Positions 40,209 to 50,711 of a stretch of 64,000 bases of DNA are shown one piece after another. The DNA is from an uncultured Planctomycetaceae bacterium. Lineage in GTDB: Bacteria; Planctomycetota; Planctomycetia; Isosphaerales; Isosphaeraceae. The first letter of the stretch is position 1. Each line of letters starts with the position of its first letter. The notes below the pieces were generated by a model. It had not been told where the DNA came from, ran no database searches, and was given only the letters and a program-made list of their open reading frames with translations. The stretch is taken from positions 4,192,001 through 4,256,000 of the forward strand of contig CAWIAD010000002.1 of the NCBI GenBank assembly GCA_963833985.1. The letters are read 5' to 3'. Position numbers and translations under genes: made by a program.

Positions 40209-41945
40209 TCAGCGGATCCATTTCATCCGTTCCACGTAGGGGCGGAACGGTATCTTGAAATCGCGGTTGCCGATGGCCGGCCAGAGGGGCACTCCATGCG
40301 GCCAGTAAATGTAGAAGGCCTTGCCCGTCAACAGGCTGCGGGGAACTTCCCAGGACTCGCGCTGGGAAACTTCATCCCATTCGCGGTCACTCCTGTCCCA
40401 GCCACGGCTGTCCTTGCTGCACGGGCTGTTATCACCGAGCATCAGGAACCGATCCTCTCCGATGACGTAGTCCTCCGAGCGGACCCGCGCCAGCTTTGGA
40501 AACTCGGTCGGATCCGAGAGGAAGTCGAAGAGTTCCGCGGGCGTGCCGGGATCACGGCTATCGAAGACCGGACCATAATCGATCTGGCCAGGATACTGTG
40601 TATAGTAAATATCTCGTTTCAGGACAAGATCGCTCACGGTGACAGCCGCGTTGCGCACGGCGATGCCCGCCGGTGCAAGATCGGCCGCGGTGGGAATCGG
40701 GGTCGCATCACCCCGGTCATACTCCACGCCGGACTCATGCACAGGCGTACCGTTTACCCAAAGAATCATGCGATCATCCACATTCGCGAAGTCAAGCTGG
40801 TAACGGCCCGGGGTCTTGATCGATGAAGCGTGTTCGAGGAGCGTCTGGTCGCCCCGTGTGAAGCGTACGCGCCCGGTTTCCAGGTTGATGATGCAGCGGT
40901 GAGGGAGCCCTCCCTTGATCAGCTCGAGCGACAGTTCGCCCCGGGCGGCAGCCACGTCCACGGACGCTGAGAGCGTCAGGTCGCCAACCCAGTGCGGCTG
41001 CATCCAGGCCGAACGGGTCTCGTGGGGCCATTCCACAAGGTTCGAGGCATTCTGGATCAGGTTTGTGTTGTAAGAGTAAAAGTCGGTGATCAGCGTGGGA
41101 CGTGGGGCGCGCGGCAGTGGAAAATTCTCCAGCAGTGCCTGCCACTGATCCGGGTCGGGAACCAGGTGCCTGTACCGCAGCTCGACCCACTGGTCCGTCG
41201 CTCCCGCCTCGGCGCGGTACTGGCTCAGTTTGGGGTCGACGATCTTCCAGCCCCCCGGGGACACCGACTGCCAGCGCTGCCATTCGCCGTGAGCGGCGAG
41301 GGCCTGCGGCTGGAAGCGGTCGTCATAGACACTCATCTGCATGGCGAGCTGGTGCTCTAGCGGTTTTCGCTGGAGCTGGAAGCCCTCGCCGCCGGGCCGT
41401 TTCACGTAGATATCGCCGTGGGTGATGCGGATCGTCTCGCCAGGCAAACCGACGAGGCGCTTGATGTAGCTGACTTCAGGCTCCTCCGGATACCGGAAGA
41501 CGACGACGTCCCATCGTTCGGGCGGTGACGAGCCCGGCAGGAATGGCAGGTCATAGGGGAACATCATCACCAGGATGCGGTCGCCCTTGAAGCTCGGCTC
41601 GGCGTTGAGCTGGTTCGCCTGATAGCGGCAGTTGACGCAGACGCCCGAATACACCTGGCGGGGAATCGACGGCCCTTCCACCTCCTGCGAGGCGTTGACG
41701 GCATAGAGGAAGCCGCACTGCGGGCACTTCAGCTCCTTGTGGCGGCCCATCAGCGTGGGCGCCATGGAACCCGTGGGAATGACGAAGGCCTGGGCCTCGA
41801 ATCCACGGACCACCAGGGCCAGGATCAGGGCGACCACGATCGCTTCGACCGTTTCACGATAGCTCTCACCGGTCCTGGATTCCTGCTGCTGCGGAAGCTT
41901 ACGAGTGGCCGTGGCTGGCTTCGCGGTTGCGGCGGTCCGTCCCAT
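40209..41945 (-). CDS. lepB: Signal peptidase I with Zn-ribbon and large insertion
   Basis: FVIPTGSMAPTL, CPQC..CVNC, GDRILV, RWDVVVF, YIKRLVGLPGE, LGDNSPCSKDSR. Confidence 0.9.
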   Translation of the reverse strand: MGRTAATAKPATATRKLPQQQESRTGESYRETVEAIVVALILALVVRGFEAQAFVIPTGSMAPTLMGRHKELKCPQCGFLYAVNASQEVEGPSIPRQVYSGVCVNCRYQANQLNAEPSFKGDRILVMMFPYDLPFLPGSSPPERWDVVVFRYPEEPEVSYIKRLVGLPGETIRITHGDIYVKRPGGEGFQLQRKPLEHQLAMQMSVYDDRFQPQALAAHGEWQRWQSVSPGGWKIVDPKLSQYRAEAGATDQWVELRYRHLVPDPDQWQALLENFPLPRAPRPTLITDFYSYNTNLIQNASNLVEWPHETRSAWMQPHWVGDLTLSASVDVAAARGELSLELIKGGLPHRCIINLETGRVRFTRGDQTLLEHASSIKTPGRYQLDFANVDDRMILWVNGTPVHESGVEYDRGDATPIPTAADLAPAGIAVRNAAVTVSDLVLKRDIYYTQYPGQIDYGPVFDSRDPGTPAELFDFLSDPTEFPKLARVRSEDYVIGEDRFLMLGDNSPCSKDSRGWDRSDREWDEVSQRESWEVPRSLLTGKAFYIYWPHGVPLWPAIGNRDFKIPFRPYVERMKWIR

Positions 41946-42013
41946 CGTCGGCTCTTCTCTCCTACGCACCGGGGGCAGCCGGAAGTCCCTGGCGGCGTGC
42001 CAGGCCCTCACAC

Positions 42014-43473
42014 TCAATAAATGTACCGGATTCGCCGCGGATCGGGAACCCAGTAAAACGAACGGCCGAAGACCTCGAGGGCCACGACCTGGCCAGGAAG
42101 ATGGACCAGGAACGGCTTGCCCAGGAACATCGACCGGGGCACCACGGGACTGGTGGCCCAGAACCGGGAGTCGTTGGAGACCGGGCTGTTGTCGCCCAGC
42201 ACGAAGTACTCGCCGTCCTTGAGCTGGTACGGTTCGTTGACGCCGTGAGGATGACGCGGGACCGCGCCCAGGGAGCTGGTGTAGTAGACGTCGCGGAAGA
42301 TCTTCAGGTCCCGCACGCGCAGCGACCCCCGCGCACGCCCAGGGCGATTGGCGATTCATCGGCTGGCGGTCCGCTGGCGGGGTTCTCGTAGTCCAGGGGT
42401 TGAAACAGCGGCTGACCGTCCAGGGTGACCGTGAGCCGTTGATCGACCACCGATGCCTGGAGCAGCACGCTGCACGGCCAGCGCCCGACATCCGCCAGGG
42501 GCGTGGCCCAGGGAATCACGAGCTGCTTGCGGTTGTTGCGCGCGACCTGGACCGGGATCGCGCCGCGCACGGGGATTCGCACCACGAACCGGTCCGTGCC
42601 GGAGCGGATCGCCAGCGTGATCAGCTCGACGTCCTCCGCGATCGTCAGTCTTGCCTCCAGCGCCAGGTCGGGAACCACGTTCTCGGTTCCCAGGTCGCCG
42701 CCGTTGTAGGCGTAGTGATCCCGGATCGGCCCGTACTGGCTGCGTACGGGATCCCAGTGCCTGTAGACCAGCCAGTCGACGGACTCATCCTGGGCGCCTG
42801 AGGAGGTCCTCCCGGCCGGTTCGTGGGTGAACGTGCCGCCCGACTGGCTCCAGCCGCTGGCCAGCCGCTGGCGTGCTGAGCCTCGCGAGAAAAACCAGCG
42901 GGGAAACCGGTCGGAATCCTCGGGAACGTAGCGGCTGTCATGAACCAGGATGCGCATCGCCCGGAACTCCTCCTGGCTCTTTCGCACCACCCGGCCGTCC
43001 ACGACCACGTTGCCGCCGGAAATCTGGAGCGACTCTCCCGGAAGCCCGACCACACGTTTCACGTAGGCCTGGCTGGGATCGCCGGGAAAATGGAAGACCG
43101 CGACTTCCCACCTCCGGGGCGGTCGAAAATCGTAGAGAAACTTCTGGACCAGCACGCGATCGCCGTTGCAGTCCACCGCCGGCGACTGCTCCAGATCGGA
43201 CTTGCCGCAGTTCGGGCAGACCGGGCGGGGCGGACGGCCTTCCTCGTCCACGCCGATCACGAAGATGAAACGGCAGTTCGGGCAGGTCAATTCGCGGTGA
43301 TGCCCGAGCAAGGTAGGCGCCATGGAGCCGGTGGGAACCACATAGGCCTCGGCGGAGAACGTGCGGAAGAGCAGCACGCCCAGGCAGAGCACAACCACCA
43401 GGTCCACGGTCTGGCGGACCGCTCCCGTTGCCGGGTTTTCCTGGGGACGACCTTTGCCGGCGTGTGCCTGCAT
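42014..43473 (-). CDS. lepB: Second signal peptidase I paralog (frameshift near 42316)
   Basis: YVVPTGSMAPTL, CPNC..CPNC, GDRVLV, YVKRVVGLPGE; the C-terminal RDVYYT..LGDNSPVSNDSRFW lies in ORF 42014..42316. Confidence 0.88.
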
Positions 43474-43538
43474 GCTCGTTGTGCCTCGTCGGATGCCAGT
43501 TGCGTGCCGGAGACCGCATGCCTCCGCATGCCGGACGT

Positions 43539-45344
43539 TCAATCGTCGGTATCGTCGAGCACCGACAGGAAGGCGTCTTGCGAGATCTCGACATTGCCTA
43601 CCTGTTTCATACGCTTCTTGCCTTCCTTTTGCTTTTCAAGAAGCTTTCTTTTTCTGGTAATGTCGCCACCATAACATTTCGCGGTCACATTCTTGCGCAG
43701 CGCCGAGATGGTCTCGCGGGCGATCACGCGGCTGCCGATGGCCGCCTGGATGGCGACCTCGAACTGATGCCGGTCGATCTCCCCCTTCAACTTGCGCACC
43801 AGCTTCCGGCCGCGCCGGTCGGCGTGGCTGCGATGGACCACCACGGAAAGAGCGTCCACCCGCTGCCCGGCCACGACGATGTCGAGCCGGCAGAGGTCGC
43901 CCGCCCTGTAGCCAATAAGCTCATAGTCCATGGTGCCGTAGCCCCGTGTCGCGCTCTTCAGCTTATCGTAGAGGTCGTAGATCATCTCCGCGAGCGGCAA
44001 TTCATAGCTCAGGATGGCGCGTGTGGTGGACAGGTACTCGGTCTTGATGAATAACCCGCGGCGATCCTCACAAAGCTGCATGATGGCGCCGATGCTGTCC
44101 GAAGGCAGGATGAAGTTGACCCTGGCGATCGGCTCGCGAAACTCCTCGATGTCGCCCGGTTCGGGGATCCGCGTCGGGTTCGAGATGTGCAGTGTTTCGC
44201 CCTTGCGCGTGAGGATCTCATAGGTGACGTTCGGCGCGGTCTGGACGAGCGCCAGGTTGCTCTCGCGTTCGAGCCTTTGCTGGACGATCTCCATGTGGAG
44301 CATGCCCAGGAATCCGCAGCGGAACCCGAAACCCAGAGCGTCGGACGTCTCGGGTTCGAACGAAAAGCTCGAGTCGTTGAGCGCGAGTTTCTGGAGGGCC
44401 GTGCGGAGATCGTCGAACTGATTGTGGGAGGCGGGAAAGAGCCCGCAGAAGACCACCGGCACCGGCTCCTGGTAGCCCTCCAGGGGAACCTCCGCCGCGC
44501 GCGGCATCTGGGTGATCGTGTCGCCGATGCGAACGTCCGAAAGTTGCTTGATGTTGGCGATGACGTAGCCGACCTGGCCGACGCCCAGCTCGTCGCAGTC
44601 GACCTCGCGCGGCCGGAAACGGCCCAGTCCGGTGACTTCATGCTCGGTGCCGCCAGCCATCATGAGGATCTTCTGACCCACCCGGAGCACGCCGTCAACC
44701 ACCCGCACGTACGTGATCACGCCCTGGTAGTCGTCGAACTTGGAGTCGAAGATGAGGGCCCGCAACGGCGCCTCGGGATCGCCCGCGGGCGGTGGCACGC
44801 GCTCGATGATGGCCCGGAACACCTCGGCCACGCCCTGCCCCGTCTTGGCACTCACGGCCAGGATCTCGGCAGGGTCGATGCCGAGAGTGTGCATGATCTC
44901 TTCCTTGATCTCCTCGGGGCGGGCCGCTTGCATGTCGATCTTGTTCAGCACCGGTACGATCGTGAGGTCGTTCCCCACCGCGAGAAAGGCGTTGGCGACG
45001 GTCTGAGCCTGCACGCCCTGGGTGGCATCCACCAGCAGGATGGCCCCCTCGCAGGCCGCCAGGCTGCGCGAGACCTCGTAATGGAAATCCACGTGGCCCG
45101 GTGTGTCGATCAGGTTCAACTCGTAGGTCTGGCCGTCCAGGGTGTAGTTGATGGCCACGGCCCGCGCCTTGATGGTGATGCCGCGCTCGCGCTCGAGATC
45201 CATGTCGTCAAGCAATTGCTCGCGGAACTCGCGAGATGTGATGGCTCCGGATTGCAGCAGCAACTGGTCGGCCAGCGTGCTCTTGCCGTGGTCGATGTGA
45301 GCGACGATCGAGAAATCACGTATATACTTGGGATCAAATGGCAT
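43539..45344 (-). CDS. lepA: Translation elongation factor 4
   Basis: AHIDHGKSTLAD, ERERGITIKA, DTPGHVDF, GFRCGFLGMLH, KNVTAKCYGGDITRKRKLLEKQKEGK. Confidence 0.98.
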   Translation of the reverse strand: MPFDPKYIRDFSIVAHIDHGKSTLADQLLLQSGAITSREFREQLLDDMDLERERGITIKARAVAINYTLDGQTYELNLIDTPGHVDFHYEVSRSLAACEGAILLVDATQGVQAQTVANAFLAVGNDLTIVPVLNKIDMQAARPEEIKEEIMHTLGIDPAEILAVSAKTGQGVAEVFRAIIERVPPPAGDPEAPLRALIFDSKFDDYQGVITYVRVVDGVLRVGQKILMMAGGTEHEVTGLGRFRPREVDCDELGVGQVGYVIANIKQLSDVRIGDTITQMPRAAEVPLEGYQEPVPVVFCGLFPASHNQFDDLRTALQKLALNDSSFSFEPETSDALGFGFRCGFLGMLHMEIVQQRLERESNLALVQTAPNVTYEILTRKGETLHISNPTRIPEPGDIEEFREPIARVNFILPSDSIGAIMQLCEDRRGLFIKTEYLSTTRAILSYELPLAEMIYDLYDKLKSATRGYGTMDYELIGYRAGDLCRLDIVVAGQRVDALSVVVHRSHADRRGRKLVRKLKGEIDRHQFEVAIQAAIGSRVIARETISALRKNVTAKCYGGDITRKRKLLEKQKEGKKRMKQVGNVEISQDAFLSVLDDTDD

Positions 45345-45736
45345 GCAACAAGTCCGCTAGCGCCCGAAAAGTCGCCGGAAGAGGATGACGGGTTGGGGAA
45401 AATAGACCCGGTTTGGCCTTCAAGCCGCACGGCTCCGCTCAGGGAGAGCTGGGGAACGCGGCCCGGAACGTCCTCGAGAATTCCGTCCGAGGGTTTGCGA
45501 GGTCGCCAGATCTTCAAATACAACGCCTTGGAGGCAAAGGAGATCGAAGCCGCGCACGGCCGCAGGGAAGGACGTCCGGTGGAGCCAATCCACCCTGTCG
45601 ATTATATTGTGCTGGTTGGATGACGGATAGCCGTTTTGCGCGGACATGGGTGGGCGAACGTGGAGCCGAACCGCGCAATCCCACGTGAAACTCCAGGCCG
45701 GCCGCCGGCGTTCTCGCCGCAGGAGCTGCCCCCATC

Positions 45737-46906
45737 ATGAAATGCGTCTCCATTCTGTCCACTGCCAGCACGACTCAAGCGGCGATGCAGGAGGTCCTCG
45801 CTGGCCTCGACGATGGCCTGGGCGGCGTCCAGGCGGATCTGACGTTGATCTTCTCGTCCGTGCACCATGCCGATGAGCTGGAACAGTTCTCCGGGCGTCT
45901 GCTTGCCGAGCAGCGTACCAGGCACCTCATGGGCTGCACGGGCGAATCCATCGTGGGCGATGGCCGCGAAGTCGAAGGAACTCCGGCACTGTCCGTCTGG
46001 TCGGCCGTCCTCCCGGGCGTCACCGTGCAGTCCATTCGTCTGGGTGAACCGGGAGACATGGGCCCGGACTGGACGCAGGGCACTGGCCAGCCGGCAAGCT
46101 CCGCATTGTTGCTCCTGGCCGACCCGTTCTCGTATCGCACCGAAGACCTTCTCTCCCAGTTGAACCGGGATGTGCGCGGGCTCCGTGTGATTGGCGGCAT
46201 GGCCAGCGGCAGCCAGGTGCCGCGCGGCAACTTGCTGCTGCTGGACGGCAAGGCGTTCGCTGATGGAGCCGTTGCGGTGCTACTTGGCGGCGCCCTGTCG
46301 GTCGAGACGGTCGTCAGCCAGGGCTGCCGCCCGGTGGGTCACACGATGGTCGTGACCAGGGCCGAGCACAACGTCATCCAGGAACTGGGCCGCCGGCCTG
46401 CGCTCGAGGTGCTCCGGGGCCTCTTCCGTGAACTCGGCGACGAGGATCAGCGGCGGATCCAGGAAGGTCTGCACATTGGCAGGGTGATCAACGAGTATCA
46501 AGGGACGTTCCAGCGGGGCGACTTCCTGGTCCGCAACGTGATGGGGGCCGACCAGTCGGGAGCCATCCAGATCACCGACGTCGTGCGTGTCGGCCAGACC
46601 GTCCAGTTCCACGTGCGCGACGCCGGAACCGCCGACGAAGACCTGCGCGGATTGCTGGAGGCACACAAGGCCTCACCCCGTCCCGCGGGCGCCCTGCTCT
46701 TCACATGCAACGGCCGGGGGCGGAGGTTGTTCCATGAAGATCATCATGATATCGGTGTGATCCACGAGGTTCTCGGCCGCGTCCCCACGGCAGGCTTCTT
46801 CGCCATGGGCGAGATTGGCCCGATCGGCGGCCAGAACTTCCTGCACGGCTACACGGCCAGTATCGTTCTCTTCACCGAACCGGCGTCGGCCGCCGATCAT
46901 GGCTAG
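45737..46906 (+). CDS. FIST signal-transduction domain protein
   Basis: GCTGESIVG, LLADPFS, IGGMASG, VSQGCRPVG, GQTVQFHVRD, LFTCNGRG, GFFAMGEIGP..NFLHGYTAS. Confidence 0.9.
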   Translation: MKCVSILSTASTTQAAMQEVLAGLDDGLGGVQADLTLIFSSVHHADELEQFSGRLLAEQRTRHLMGCTGESIVGDGREVEGTPALSVWSAVLPGVTVQSIRLGEPGDMGPDWTQGTGQPASSALLLLADPFSYRTEDLLSQLNRDVRGLRVIGGMASGSQVPRGNLLLLDGKAFADGAVAVLLGGALSVETVVSQGCRPVGHTMVVTRAEHNVIQELGRRPALEVLRGLFRELGDEDQRRIQEGLHIGRVINEYQGTFQRGDFLVRNVMGADQSGAIQITDVVRVGQTVQFHVRDAGTADEDLRGLLEAHKASPRPAGALLFTCNGRGRRLFHEDHHDIGVIHEVLGRVPTAGFFAMGEIGPIGGQNFLHGYTASIVLFTEPASAADHG

Positions 46907-47016
46907 TTCTCGAGCGCCTGCGACCATGCGTCCAGCCCATGGGTGATGAGGTGCAAGGCCGGTGCCCGCCAGTGTCCTTTGCTCGACTGGGAGCAAACCT
47001 CAGGAAAGTGGTGCTG

Positions 47017-48222
47017 ATGTCTGACTGGCGGCAGGCGATTGACGAGGCCGTGGAATCCCGTGGCGACCTCCTTCGCGACGTGCGCCGCTGGATCCATGCT
47101 CACCCGGATCCCAGCCGCGAGGAGTTCGAGACCACGCACCGGCTGCTCGAATGGCTGGAACGCGAGGGCATCCCGGGTGAGCTTGCTCCGTCGGGCCGGG
47201 GCCTGCTGGCCGGTCCACCTGGCGAGCCGGGCAAGCCGGTGATCGCTTTTCGAGCCGATATTGATGCACTCAGAATCCATGACGCCAAGTCCGTGCCGTA
47301 CCGGTCGATGCGCGAGGGCGTGATGCACGCCTGCGGCCACGATGCGCACGCGGCGATGGCGCTCGGGGCGGCAATGGCCCTCTGGCAGTGCCGGAGCGAG
47401 CTGCCCTGCCCGATCACCTGGCGGGCGATCTTCCAGCCCGCCGAGGAGGTTGGCGAGGGCGCCCTGGAGATGATCGACGCCGGCGCGATGCGTGATGTGC
47501 GCGCGGTGCTGGCGCTGCATGTCGACCCGCAGACGCCGGCAGGCTGGATCGGTTACCGCGAGGGCGTGCTCACAGCCTGTTGCCAGGAGCTCGGCGTGGC
47601 GATTCTCGGCTCGGGCGGGCACGCGGCCCGTCCGCACCAGTCGGTCGATCCGATCGCGGTGGCTTCCCAGTTCATCACCAGCGTCTACCAGTTCATCCCC
47701 AGGTCGATCGACTCGCGCGAAGCGGTCGTGGTGACATTCGGCAGTATCCAGGGGGGCACGAGCGCCAACATCATCCCGGAACGGGTGCTGCTCGAAGGCA
47801 CCATCCGCACCTTGAGTGCGGACTCCGCGGCCCGCGTGAGCGACCGCATCCGCAAGATTGCCTCGGGACTCTCCGAGGCCAGCGGCGCGACGATCCAGCT
47901 CCAGTTCCGGCATGGCACCGACGCGGTCGTGAACGATCCGGACGTCACCCGCGTCTGCGTGCGCGCTGCCCGCGAGGTGGTCGGTCCGGACCATGTCTTG
48001 CCGATCATCCTGCCCAGCATGGGCGGTGAAGACTTTTCGGGATATCTCAAGTGCGCGCCTGGCTGTCTCTTGCGTCTCGGCGTGAGCGGTCCGGCAAACG
48101 ACGGCCTGTTCCTGCACTCGCCCCATTTTGACATTGATGAGCGTGCCCTGGTGATCGGGGCGAAGCTCCTGGCGCGGAGTGTGGTTCTGCTCTGGGAAAC
48201 CGTCGGATGTGCACGATCGTGA
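47017..48222 (+). CDS. M20 family amidohydrolase
   Basis: HAHPDPS.EE, RADIDAL, MHACGHDAH, FQPAEE, GGHAARPH, MGGEDF, LHSPHFDIDE. Confidence 0.92.
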   Translation: MSDWRQAIDEAVESRGDLLRDVRRWIHAHPDPSREEFETTHRLLEWLEREGIPGELAPSGRGLLAGPPGEPGKPVIAFRADIDALRIHDAKSVPYRSMREGVMHACGHDAHAAMALGAAMALWQCRSELPCPITWRAIFQPAEEVGEGALEMIDAGAMRDVRAVLALHVDPQTPAGWIGYREGVLTACCQELGVAILGSGGHAARPHQSVDPIAVASQFITSVYQFIPRSIDSREAVVVTFGSIQGGTSANIIPERVLLEGTIRTLSADSAARVSDRIRKIASGLSEASGATIQLQFRHGTDAVVNDPDVTRVCVRAAREVVGPDHVLPIILPSMGGEDFSGYLKCAPGCLLRLGVSGPANDGLFLHSPHFDIDERALVIGAKLLARSVVLLWETVGCARS

Positions 48223-48409
48223 TGGCCCGGCCATGGTGCGTGCAACCGGTCGGATGGCCTGCCCGGCTGCTCTCACACCCACGACGTCGCGCTTCACGAT
48301 TTCTTCATCTATCCTTCATACTCGGGTCATCCAATTCATTAGAATCCTGGGTGTGGTGACGAAGGGACCGCGCTGCCGGTTCCGCCGGTTGTCCCAGGAC
48401 GAGCGATTC

Positions 48410-49117
48410 ATGCCCAAGCCAAAGATTCTGCTGATCGAGGATGAGCGGGCGCTGGTCGAGGTCTTGAGCTACAACCTCGAGCGCGAGGGGTTTGACGTGC
48501 TGGTCGCCCACGACGGCCAGGAAGGGTTGAGGCAGGCACAGCTGAAGCTTCCCGATTTGATTGTGCTGGACCTGATGCTGCCGCTGAAACCGGGGCTCGA
48601 GGTCTGCCGCGAGCTGCGCATGGGGCCCCGCACCCGAGACATACCGATCGTCATGGTGACCGCGAAGGCGGAGGAGTCGGATCAGCTGGTGGGCTTCGCC
48701 ACGGGCGCCGATGACTACGTCACCAAGCCGTACAGCATGAAAGTCCTGATCCAGCGGATCAAGAAAGAGCTACGGCGGATGCAGCTTCACGAGGAGGCTC
48801 CAACCGGTACGATCATTCAGAGCCAGGGAGTCGTGATCGACCGGCACAGCCATCGGGCACTGCTGCGGGAACAGGAGCTGCCACTGACGCCCACGGAATT
48901 CCGTTTGCTCGAGGTCCTGGTGCGGCAGGCGGGGCGTGCGTTTACACGTTATGAACTGATGGATGCGGCGATCGGCGAGGATGCGATCGTCCTGGAACGC
49001 ACCATCGACGTGCATATCAAGAGCCTGCGAAAGAAGCTGAGAGATGCGGGCGAGCTCATCGAAACCGTCCGCGGCGTCGGCTATCGATTTCATGAGCCTC
49101 GGCTGGTCGGGGCTTGA
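48410..49117 (+). CDS. OmpR/PhoB-family response regulator
   Basis: ILLIEDE, DLIVLDLMLP, GADDYVTKP, LTPTEFRLL, ERTIDVHI, IETVRGVGY. Confidence 0.92.
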   Translation: MPKPKILLIEDERALVEVLSYNLEREGFDVLVAHDGQEGLRQAQLKLPDLIVLDLMLPLKPGLEVCRELRMGPRTRDIPIVMVTAKAEESDQLVGFATGADDYVTKPYSMKVLIQRIKKELRRMQLHEEAPTGTIIQSQGVVIDRHSHRALLREQELPLTPTEFRLLEVLVRQAGRAFTRYELMDAAIGEDAIVLERTIDVHIKSLRKKLRDAGELIETVRGVGYRFHEPRLVGA

Positions 49118-49328
49118 GCTCGCTCCGGGCGAGGTTACTGGAATAGCGATGCCTGGGCCGTTCGCCTGGTGTCCGGCGGCCCGGCACGAGCTCGGCCCGG
49201 ACCACAGACACCTCGCGAGGTGCCTCGATTCCCAGCCGGACCTGTCCGCCCTCCAGTCGGACGACGGTCACGCAAATGTCATCGCCGATATAAAGCTTTT
49301 CCATCAACTTCCTCGTCAGTACCAGCAT
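49056..49328 (-). CDS. csrA: Carbon storage regulator CsrA
   Basis: MLVLTRKLMEKLYIGDDICVTVV..GGQVRLGIEAPREVSVVRAEL. Confidence 0.9.
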   Translation of the reverse strand: MLVLTRKLMEKLYIGDDICVTVVRLEGGQVRLGIEAPREVSVVRAELVPGRRTPGERPRHRYSSNLARSELKPRPAEAHEIDSRRRGRFR

Positions 49329-49638
49329 GGCACCCTTCCTTCAAGCACCTCTGGGTTCGGTTCTCACCAGCTCCGGGCCCGTCTCCGCCGAGCCCTTGAA
49401 CCTTGGAACCGCAGGGCTCTCTAAAGGAATCTAGGTTACAACTCCGGACGGTGCCTGGTTTCCCGCATGGTGACCGCGCGTGTGAACTGTCCGCCATTCC
49501 GTGGCTGTGTTCTCGCCGTGCTGTGGGTGTCGATTGTATACTGATGCGGCGACCGATCGGTCCTCGTCACGACGTGCGCGGACCGTCCACGACCTCTCCA
49601 CGAACAGCGCAGACGCAACTTCCAGTTGTTTTGAGGAA

Positions 49639-50682
49639 ATGATGTCAGACTCGCATGCACCCGTGGTCATCATCGGGTCCGGATCCGCCGGATTGACCGC
49701 CGCTCTCTACGCCGCGCGCGCCAGCCTGGCCCCCCTGGTCTTCGAGGGGAAAGAGCCGGGCGGTCAGCTCACGCTCACGACCACGGTGGACAACTTTCCC
49801 GGGTTCCCCCAGGGCATCGAGGGCCCGGAGCTGATGGAGCTGATGCGGCAGCAGGCCCAGCGGTTCGGATCCCAGACACGGTGGGAGACGGTGTTCGAGG
49901 TGGACCTGTCCAGGCGGCCCTTCCACGTGCGCACCACCGACGACCCCAGCGGCGACCCATCCAGCGGCACGCTCCACGATTACACGGCCGACGCACTGAT
50001 CGTCGCCACGGGAGCATCGGCCCGCTGGCTGGGCATCGAGGGGCCCTACCGGGGCAACGGCGTGAGCACCTGCGCCACCTGCGACGGCGCGTTGTATCGC
50101 GGCAAGGAGATCGCGGTGGTGGGCGGTGGTGACTCGGCCGTCGAGGAGGCCACATTCCTCACCCGGTTCGCGAGCAAGGTCACGCTCATCCACAGGCGCG
50201 ATGCCCTGAGGGCCAGCAAGGTGATGCAGGACCGGCTCAAGAATAATCCCAGGATCCAGCCGGCCTGGAACTCGGTCGTCGATGGCATCCTGGGAGAGAA
50301 GCACGGAGCCCTCGACGTGCTCACTGGCGTGCGGCTGAGATCGACGAGCGACGGCAGCCAGCGCGACCTGAAGATCGACGGCCTATTCCTGGCCATCGGC
50401 CACGTCCCGAACACGTCGATCTTCCAGGGCAAGCTGGCGATGACTCCGGAGGGTTACCTCCTCAACCGCACGGCCCTGGCGTGGCAGGGCATCGAGGCCC
50501 CCGCCGGGCTCCTCCAGTCTCTCCCCAATTACGGCACGGCCACCAGCGTCGAGGGCGTCTTTGCCTGTGGCGACGTGGTCGACACACACTACCGCCAGGC
50601 CATCACCGCGGCCGGCTCGGGCTGTGCAGCCGCCATGGATTGTGAGAAATGGCTGGAGGCCGCCGGCGCCGGGCATCATTGA
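49639..50682 (+). CDS. trxB: Thioredoxin-disulfide reductase
   Basis: IIGSGSAGLTAA, GGQL, NFPGFP, GVSTCATCDG, VVGGGDSA.EEA, HRRD, GVFACGDV, YRQAITAAGSGC. Confidence 0.95.
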   Translation: MMSDSHAPVVIIGSGSAGLTAALYAARASLAPLVFEGKEPGGQLTLTTTVDNFPGFPQGIEGPELMELMRQQAQRFGSQTRWETVFEVDLSRRPFHVRTTDDPSGDPSSGTLHDYTADALIVATGASARWLGIEGPYRGNGVSTCATCDGALYRGKEIAVVGGGDSAVEEATFLTRFASKVTLIHRRDALRASKVMQDRLKNNPRIQPAWNSVVDGILGEKHGALDVLTGVRLRSTSDGSQRDLKIDGLFLAIGHVPNTSIFQGKLAMTPEGYLLNRTALAWQGIEAPAGLLQSLPNYGTATSVEGVFACGDVVDTHYRQAITAAGSGCAAAMDCEKWLEAAGAGHH

Positions 50683-50711
50683 GGAGGCGCCCGGCGGAAC
50701 CTCGGAGCAGC

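Noticed and set aside
40209..42491. 760-aa LepB
   Set aside because: The first ~180 aa overlap the upstream lepB paralog out of frame; the plausible start is ATG 41945
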